Source: the human T2T-CHM13v2.0 reference genome, Homo sapiens
DNA: 64,000 nt
Direction: 5' to 3'
Assembly (NCBI GenBank): GCA_009914755.4
Contig: CP086569.2
Location: 30,848,001-30,912,000 of the forward strand
The position numbers and the translations under genes were made by a program. Positions within the stretch are counted from its first letter, which is position 1; each line of letters opens with the position of its first letter. Below, in pieces: positions 57,101-64,000 of this stretch. Under the pieces are notes generated by a model, which did not search any database, was not told the DNA's origin, and saw only the letters and a list, made by a program, of their open reading frames with translations.

Positions 57101-57744
57101 TCGAATGGCATGGAATATAAAGAAATGGAATCGAAGAGAATGGAAACAAATGGAATGGAATTGAATGGAATGTAATTGAATGGAATGGGAATGAATGGAG
57201 TGAAATTGTATGCAGTAGAAGGGTATAGAATTGAATGCAAGCGAAAGGAAAGGAATGGATTGGAATGGAATGGAATTCATTGGAATGGAAGGGAATGTAG
57301 TGTAATGGACAGGCCTGGAATAAAGTGGAATGCTACGGTCTCGAATGGAATAAAAATGTATGGAATGGAATGCAATGAAACGGAATCGAATGTCATAGAA
57401 TGTAATGGAATGCAAAAAAATGGAATCCAAAATCATTGACTGGAAAGGCTGGGTGTCGAAAGGAATTGACTCCAATGGAATGGAATCGAATGGAATGGAA
57501 GTGAATAGAATCGAACTAAATCGAATGGAATGGAATTGATAGGAACGGAATGGAAAGGAATGCAATGATTTGGCATGGAATGCAATCGAATGGCATCGAA
57601 TGGAATGGAATGGAATGCAATGGAATGGAATGTATTAGAATGGAATGAACTTTAAAGGAATGTACTCGAATGGATTCGACTGGAATGGAATGTTCTGGAA
57701 GTGAATGGACTCCAATGGAATGGATTCAAAAGGAATGGAATCGT
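54186..57744 (+). repeat. HSat3 HOR unit 17 (3559 bp)
   Basis: Anchor at 54186. Confidence 0.8.
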
Positions 57745-60700
57745 ACGGAATGGAATCTAATGGAATGAAATTAAATGGAAATGAATCAAATTGAATAGCA
57801 CGGAATTGAATTGAATGGAATGGAATGCAATGGAATCTAATGAAACGGAAAGGAAAGGAATGGAATGGAATGGAATGGGCTGGAATGGAAAGGAATCGAA
57901 ACGAATGGAATGGAATCGAACTGAAGAGACTGGAATGGAATGCACTGGAATGGAAGGGAGTGTAATGGAAGGTTCTCGAAAAAAATGGAATCGAATGGAA
58001 TGGAATTGAATGGAACGGAATAGAGTCGAATGGAATGGAATGGAATGGAATGGACTAGAGTGAAATGGAATCGAACCACAAGGAATGGACAGGAATAGAA
58101 TGGTCTCGAATTGAATGGGATCGTATGGAATGGCATCAAACGGAATGGAATGGATAGCCACGGAATGGAATGCACTCGAATGCAATGGAGTCGAAACTAA
58201 TGGACTGGAATAGAATGGACTCGACTGGTACGGACTCCAATGGAATGGAATCGAATGGAAGGGAATCGAACGGAATGGACTCGAAGGGAAAAGACTGCAA
58301 TGGAAAGGTCTCGAATGGAATGGAAATTAATGGAATGGAATGGAATCGAATGAAATGGAGTCAAAAGGAATGGAATCGAATGGCAAGAAATCGAATGTAA
58401 TGGAATCGCAAGGAATTGATGTGAACGGAACGGAATGGAATGGAATCCAAAGGAATGGAATAGAATGGAATGGAATCGAATGGAAAGGACTCGAATGGAA
58501 ATCACTCGAATAGAATGCAATTTAATAAAATAGGATCAAATGTAATGGAATGGAATGGAAAGGAATCGAAACGAAAGGAATGGAGACAGATGGAATGGAA
58601 TGGAACAGAGAGCAATGGTATAGAATGGAATGGAATCATCTGGAATGGAATTGAATGGAATGGAATAATATGAAATGGAATGGAATGGAATGCCCTTGAA
58701 TTAAATGGACTGGACTCGAACAGAGTGGAATGGAAAGTGTTGAGATAGAATGGAATGGACTCCTTTGGAATGGTGTAGTATGCAATGCAATCGACTGGCA
58801 TGGAATCAAAAGGAATGTAATGGAATGGATTGGACTGGAATGCAATGGACTCGAATAGATTGGAAACGGAATGCAAAGGAATGGAATGGAATAGTACGGA
58901 ATGGAATGGAAGGGAATGGAGTGGAATAGACTAGAGTGGAATGCAATGGACTGGAAAGCAATGGACTGGAATGGAACTTTCTTGAATGGACTGGAACCAA
59001 ACGGAATGGAACGCATTGCAATCAAATGGCATGGAATAAAATAGAATGAAAGAGAATCAAATGGAATTGAATCGAATGGAATCGAATGGATTGGAAAGGA
59101 ATAGAATGGAATGGAATGGAATTGACTCAAATGGAATGGACTAGAATGGAATGGATTCGAATGGAAGGCAAAGGAATGGAATCTATTGGAATGGACTGTA
59201 ATGGAATGGAATGGAAGGGATTGGAATGGACTCGAATGGAATGGACTGCAATAGAAAGGATTCGAATGGAATGAAAAAGAATTGAATGGAATAGAACAGA
59301 ATGGAATCAAATCGAATGAAATGGAATGGAATAGAAAGGAATGGAATGAAATGGAATGGAAAGGATTCGAATGGAATGCAATCGAATGGAATGGAATCGA
59401 ACGGAATGGAATAAAATGGAAGAAAACAGGCAAGAAATGGAATCGAAAGGAATGGAGTGTTATGGAACGGACTCAAAAGGAATTGAATGTAATAGAATGG
59501 AGTGGAGTGGACTCGAATATAATGGACTGGAATGGAATGAAATCACATGGAATGGGAACGAATGGAATGGAATGGAAAGGAATGGAATCGAATGGAAAGG
59601 AATCGAATGGAAGGGAATGAAATTGAATCAACAGGAATGGAAGGGAATAGAATAGACGGTAATGGAATGGACTCGAATAGAATGGACACGAATGCTCAAA
59701 TTGAATGGACTCGAATGGAATGGAAACGAAAGGAATGTCATCGAATGGAATTGAATCGATTGGAATGAAATCGCATAGAATGGAGTGGAATCAAATGGAA
59801 TTGAATCGAAAGGAAAGGAAGCGAATGGACTGAAATGAAATGGAATGGAATTGAATGGAAAGTAATGCAATGGAATAGAAGGGAACGAAATTTCACGGAA
59901 TGGAATCAAACTGAATGGAATCAAATCAATGGAATCAAATCAAATGGAATGGAAAGGAATTGAATGGAGTAGATTGGATTGGATGGGATTGGAATGAAAT
60001 GTACTGGAAAGGACTCGAATTTCATGAAACGGAATGGAATGAATTGGAACGGAATGGACTCGAATGGAATGGAATGTCATGGAATGGCATCAAATGGAAT
60101 GGCATCAAATGGAATGGAATCGAATGCAATGGAATGCTATGGAATGGAATTGAATGCATTGGAATGGAATGTCCTCTAATGGAATGGATTCGAGTGGAAT
60201 GGAATCGAATATAATGGAGTCGAATGAAATGGAATTGAAAGGAATGGGATCGAATACAATGGAATATACTGGAATGTAATGTAATGAACACGAATGTAAC
60301 TGACTGGAATGGAATGTACATGAATGGAATGTAATCGAAAGGAAAGTAATCCAATGGAATAGAATCTAATGCAATAAAATCGACTCAGATAGAGTAGAAT
60401 GTAATGGAATGGAGTGCAGTGCAATGGAATGGAATGGAATGGAATGCAATGGAATGGAATGGAATGGAATGGAATGGAATGGAATGGAATGGAATGGGAT
60501 GGAATGGTATGGAATGGATAGTAATGGACTGGAGTGAAATGGACTGGAAAGGAATGGACTCAAATTGAAAGGGCTCGAAAGGAATGGAGTCAAATGGAAT
60601 GGTCTGGAATGGAATGAACACGAATGTAATGCAATCCAATAGAATGGAATCGAATGGCATGGAATATAAAGAAATGGAATCGAAGAGAATGGAAACAAAT

Positions 60701-61278
60701 GGAATGGAATTGAATGGAATGGGAACGAATGGAGTGAAATTGTATGCAGTAGAAGGGAATAGAATGGAATGCAAGCGAAAGGAAAGGAATGGATTGGAAT
60801 GGAATGGAATTCATTGGAATGGAAGGGAATGTAGTGTAATGGACAGGCCTGGAATAAAGTGGAATGCTACGGTCTCGAATGGAATAAAAATGTATGGAAT
60901 GGAATGCAATGAAACGGAATCGAATGTCATAGAATGTAATGGAATGCAAAAAAATGGAATCCAAAATCATTGACTGGAAAGGCTGGGTGTCGAAAGGAAT
61001 TGACTCCAATGGAATGGAATCGAATGGAGTGGAAGTGAATAGAATCGAACTAAATCGAATGGAATGGAATTGATAGGAACGGAATGGAAAGGAATGCAAT
61101 GATTTGGCACGGAATGGAATCGAATGGCATCGAATGGAATGGAATGGAATGCAATGGAATGGAACGTATTAGAATGTAATGAACTTTAATGGAATGTACT
61201 CGAATGGATTCGACTGGAATGGAATGTTCTGGAAGTGAATGGACTCCAATGGAATGGATTCAAAAGGAATGGAATCGT
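57745..61278 (+). repeat. HSat3 HOR unit 18 (3534 bp)
   Basis: Anchor at 57745. Confidence 0.8.
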
Positions 61279-64000
61279 ACGGAATGGAATCTAATGGAAT
61301 GGAATTAAATGGAAATGAATCAAATTGAATAGCATGGAATTGAATTGAATGGAATCGAATGCAATGGAATCTAATGAAACGGAAAGGAAAGGAATGGAAT
61401 GGAATGGAATGGGCTGGAATGGAAAGGAATCGAAACGAATGGAATGGAATCGAACTGAAGAGACTGGAATGGAATGCACTGGAATGGAAGGGAGTGTAAT
61501 GGAAGGTTCTCGAAAAAAATGGAATCGAATGGAATGGAATTGAATGGAACGGAATAGAGTCGAATGGAATTGAATGGAATGGAATGGACTAGAGTGAAAT
61601 GGAATCGAACCACAAGGAATGGACAGGAATAGAATGGTCTCGAATTGAATGGAATCGTATGGAATGGCATCAAACGGAATGGAATGGACAGCCACGGAAT
61701 GGAATGCACTCGAATGCAATGGAGTCGAAACTAATGGACTGGAATAGAATGGACTCGACTGGTACGGACTCCAATGGAATGGAATCGAATGGAAGGGAAT
61801 CGAACGGAATGGACTCGAAGGGAAAAGACTGCAATGGAAAGGTCTCGAATGGAATGGAAATAAATGGAATGGAATGGAATCGAATGAAATGGAGTCAAAA
61901 GGAATGGAATCGAATGGCAAGAAATCGAATGTAATGGAATCGCAAGGAATTGATGTGAACGGAACGGAATGGAATGGAATCCAAAGGAATGGAATAGAAT
62001 GGAATGGAATCGAATGGAAAGGACTCGAATGGAAATCACTCGAATAGAATGCAATTTAATAAAATAGGACCAAATGTAATGGAATGGAATGGAAAGGAAT
62101 CGAAACGAAAGGAATGGAGACAGATGGAATGGAATGGAACAGAGAGCAATGGTATAGAATGGAATGGAATCATCTGGAATGGAATTGAATGGAATGGAAT
62201 AATATGAAATGGAATGGAATGGAATGGAATGGAATGCCCTTGAATTAAATGGACTGGAATGGAATGGACTCGAACAGAGTGGAATGGAAAGTGTTGAGAT
62301 AGAATGGAATGGACTCGTTAGGAATGGTCTGGTAGGCAATGCAATCGACTGGCAGGGAATCAAAAGGAATGTAATCGAATGGATTGGACAGGAATGCAAT
62401 GGACTCGAATAGATTGCAAACGGAATGCAAAGGAATGGAATGGAATAGTATGGAATGGAATGGAAAGGAATGGAGTGGAATAGACTAGAGTGGAATGGAA
62501 TGGACTGGAAAGAAATGGACTGGAATGGAACTTTCTTGAATGGACTGGAATCAAACGGAATGGAATGCAATGCAATCAAATGGCATGGAATAAAATAGAA
62601 TGAAAGAGAATCAAATGGAATTGAATCGAATGGAATCGAATGGATTGGAAAGGAATAGAATGGAATGGAATGGAATGGACTAGAATGGAATGGATTCGAA
62701 TGGAAGGCAAAGGAATGGAATCTATTGGAATGGACTGTAATGGAATGGAATGGAAGGGATTGGAATGGACTCGAATGGAATGGACTGCAATAGAAAGGAT
62801 TCGAATGGAATGAAAAAGAATTGAATGGAATAGAACAGAATGGAATCAAATCGAATGAAATGGAATGGAATAGAAAGGAATGGAATGAAATGGAATGGAA
62901 AGGATTCGAATGGAATGCAATCGAATGGAATGGAATCGAACGGAATGGAATAAAATGGAAGAAAACTGGCAAGAAATGGAATCGAAATGAATGGAGTGTT
63001 ATGGAACGGACTCAAAAGGAATTGAATGTAATAGAATGGAGTGGAGTGGACTCGAATATAATGGACTGGAATGGAATGAAATCACATGGAATGGGAACGA
63101 ATGGAATGGAATGGAAAGGAATGGAATTGAATGGAAAGGAATCGAATGGAAGGGAATGAAATTGAATCAACAGGAATGGAAGGGAATAGAATAGACGGTA
63201 ATGGAATGGACTCGAATTGAATGGACACGAATGCTCAAATTGAATGGACTCGAATGGAATGGAAACGAAAGGAATGTCATCGAATGGAATTGAATCGATT
63301 GGAATGAAATCGCATAGAATGGAGTGGAATCAAATGGAATTGAATCGAAAGGAAAGGAAGCGAATGGACTGAAATGAAATGGAATGGAATTGAATGGAAA
63401 GTAATGCAATGGAATAGAATGGAACGAAATTTCACGGAATGGAATCAAACTGAATGGAATCAAATCAATGGAATCTAATCAAATGGAATGGAAAGGAATT
63501 GAATGGAGTAGATTGGATTGGATGGGATTGGAATGAAATGTACTGGAAAGGACTCGAATTTCATGAAACGGAATGGAATGAATTGGAACGGAATGGAATC
63601 GAATGGAATGGAATGTCATGGAATGGCATCAAATGGAATGGCATCAAATGAAATGGAATCGAATGCAATGGAATGCTATGGAATGGAATGGAATGCATTG
63701 GAATGGAATGTCCTCTAATGGAATGGATTCGAGTGGAATGGCATCGAATATAATGGAGTCGAATGAAATGGAATTGAAAAGAATGGGATCGAATACAATG
63801 GAATATACTGGAATGTAATGAAATGAACTCGAATGTAATTGACTGGAATGGAATGTACATGAATGGAATGTAATCGAATGGAAAGTAATCCAATGGAATA
63901 GAATCTAATGCAATAAAATCGACTCAAATAGAGTAGAATGTAATGGAATGGAGTGCAGTGCAATGGAATGGAATGGAATGGAATGCAATGGAATGGAATG
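61279..64000 (+). repeat. HSat3 HOR unit 19 (partial, truncated by the window end)
   Basis: Anchor at 61279. The copy continues to the window edge at unit coordinate ~2720. Confidence 0.8.

Larger units (their letters stand above)
1..64000 (+). repeat. Satellite III (HSat3) array, (GGAAT)n-derived, continuous across the window; plus strand is the GGAAT (purine-rich) strand
   Basis: Read directly: nearly every 5-mer is GGAAT or a 1-mismatch derivative. C is almost absent on the plus strand. There are no non-satellite interruptions. Six-frame ORFs translate to periodic MEWNG/IPFHS strings. A ~3.56 kb periodicity is seen from recurring identical ORF strings at fixed offsets. Confidence 0.95.

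Noticed and set aside
61731-62972. 413-aa minus-strand ORF (MPVFFHFIPFRSIPFHS...), plus the many 60-320 aa ORFs in all six frames
   Set aside because: (GGAAT)n and ATTCC contain no stop codon in two of the three frames on each strand, so long ORFs arise by chance. Translations are periodic low-complexity strings (IPFHS / MEWNG). ORFs overlap each other on both strands and in several frames, and their ends coincide with random point mutations. There is no start or regulatory context. They are not genes.
1-64000. Tandem array as a possible CRISPR array or tandem repeat-protein gene cluster
   Set aside because: There are no unique spacers between repeats. The 5 bp repeat unit and strong purine/pyrimidine strand asymmetry are characteristic of eukaryotic pericentromeric satellite. 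No cas-like or other coding context exists.
1-64000. Transposable-element insertions (Alu, L1, LTR) interrupting the satellite
   Set aside because: I scanned for stretches that depart from pentamer periodicity or have normal C content. The most diverged patches (for example 1690-1740, 2640-2700, 3240-3300) are still recognisably degenerate GGAAT monomers and recur at the same HOR position in every unit. No insertion is evident.
1-64000. HSat2 rather than HSat3
   Set aside because: HSat2 is more degenerate and dominated by CATTCGATTCC-type 23-26 bp variants. Here perfect GGAAT pentamers predominate, with long pure runs of 8-11 copies, which fits HSat3.

Overview
The entire 64 kb window is one uninterrupted tandem array of human-type satellite III (HSat3), built from the pentamer GGAAT (ATTCC on the minus strand) and its diverged forms such as CGAAT, GGAGT, GCAAT and GGACT. 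The plus strand is strongly purine-rich, with roughly 40% G, 40% A, 20% T and almost no C.

The pentamers are organised into a higher-order repeat (HOR) of about 3.56 kb. There are 19 copies in head-to-tail orientation: 13 near full-length (3523-3584 bp), two identical 1415 bp internally deleted copies, one 3114 bp deleted copy, one 5567 bp copy with an internal duplication, and the last copy is cut by the window edge.

A unit length of about 3.56 kb, pure GGAAT pentamer composition, and a single HaeIII (GGCC) site per unit most resemble the Y-chromosome Yq12 DYZ1 satellite. That assignment is an inference I could not confirm without a database search.

There are no credible protein-coding genes, RNA genes, transposon insertions or CRISPR arrays. 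Every ORF in the supplied track is an artefact: (GGAAT)n has no stop codon in several frames, so translations are periodic low-complexity strings (MEWNG... on the plus strand, IPFHS... on the minus strand).

I do not see a novel gene system here. What is worth a second look is the array architecture:
- a recent ~8.56 kb three-unit super-repeat duplication at roughly 99.9% identity;
- deletion and duplication junctions that fall at short homologies inside the HOR;
- patchwork (mosaic) sharing of variants between copies, as expected from gene conversion or unequal crossover;
- a pure (GGAAT)n tract that varies from 8 to 11 copies among units.
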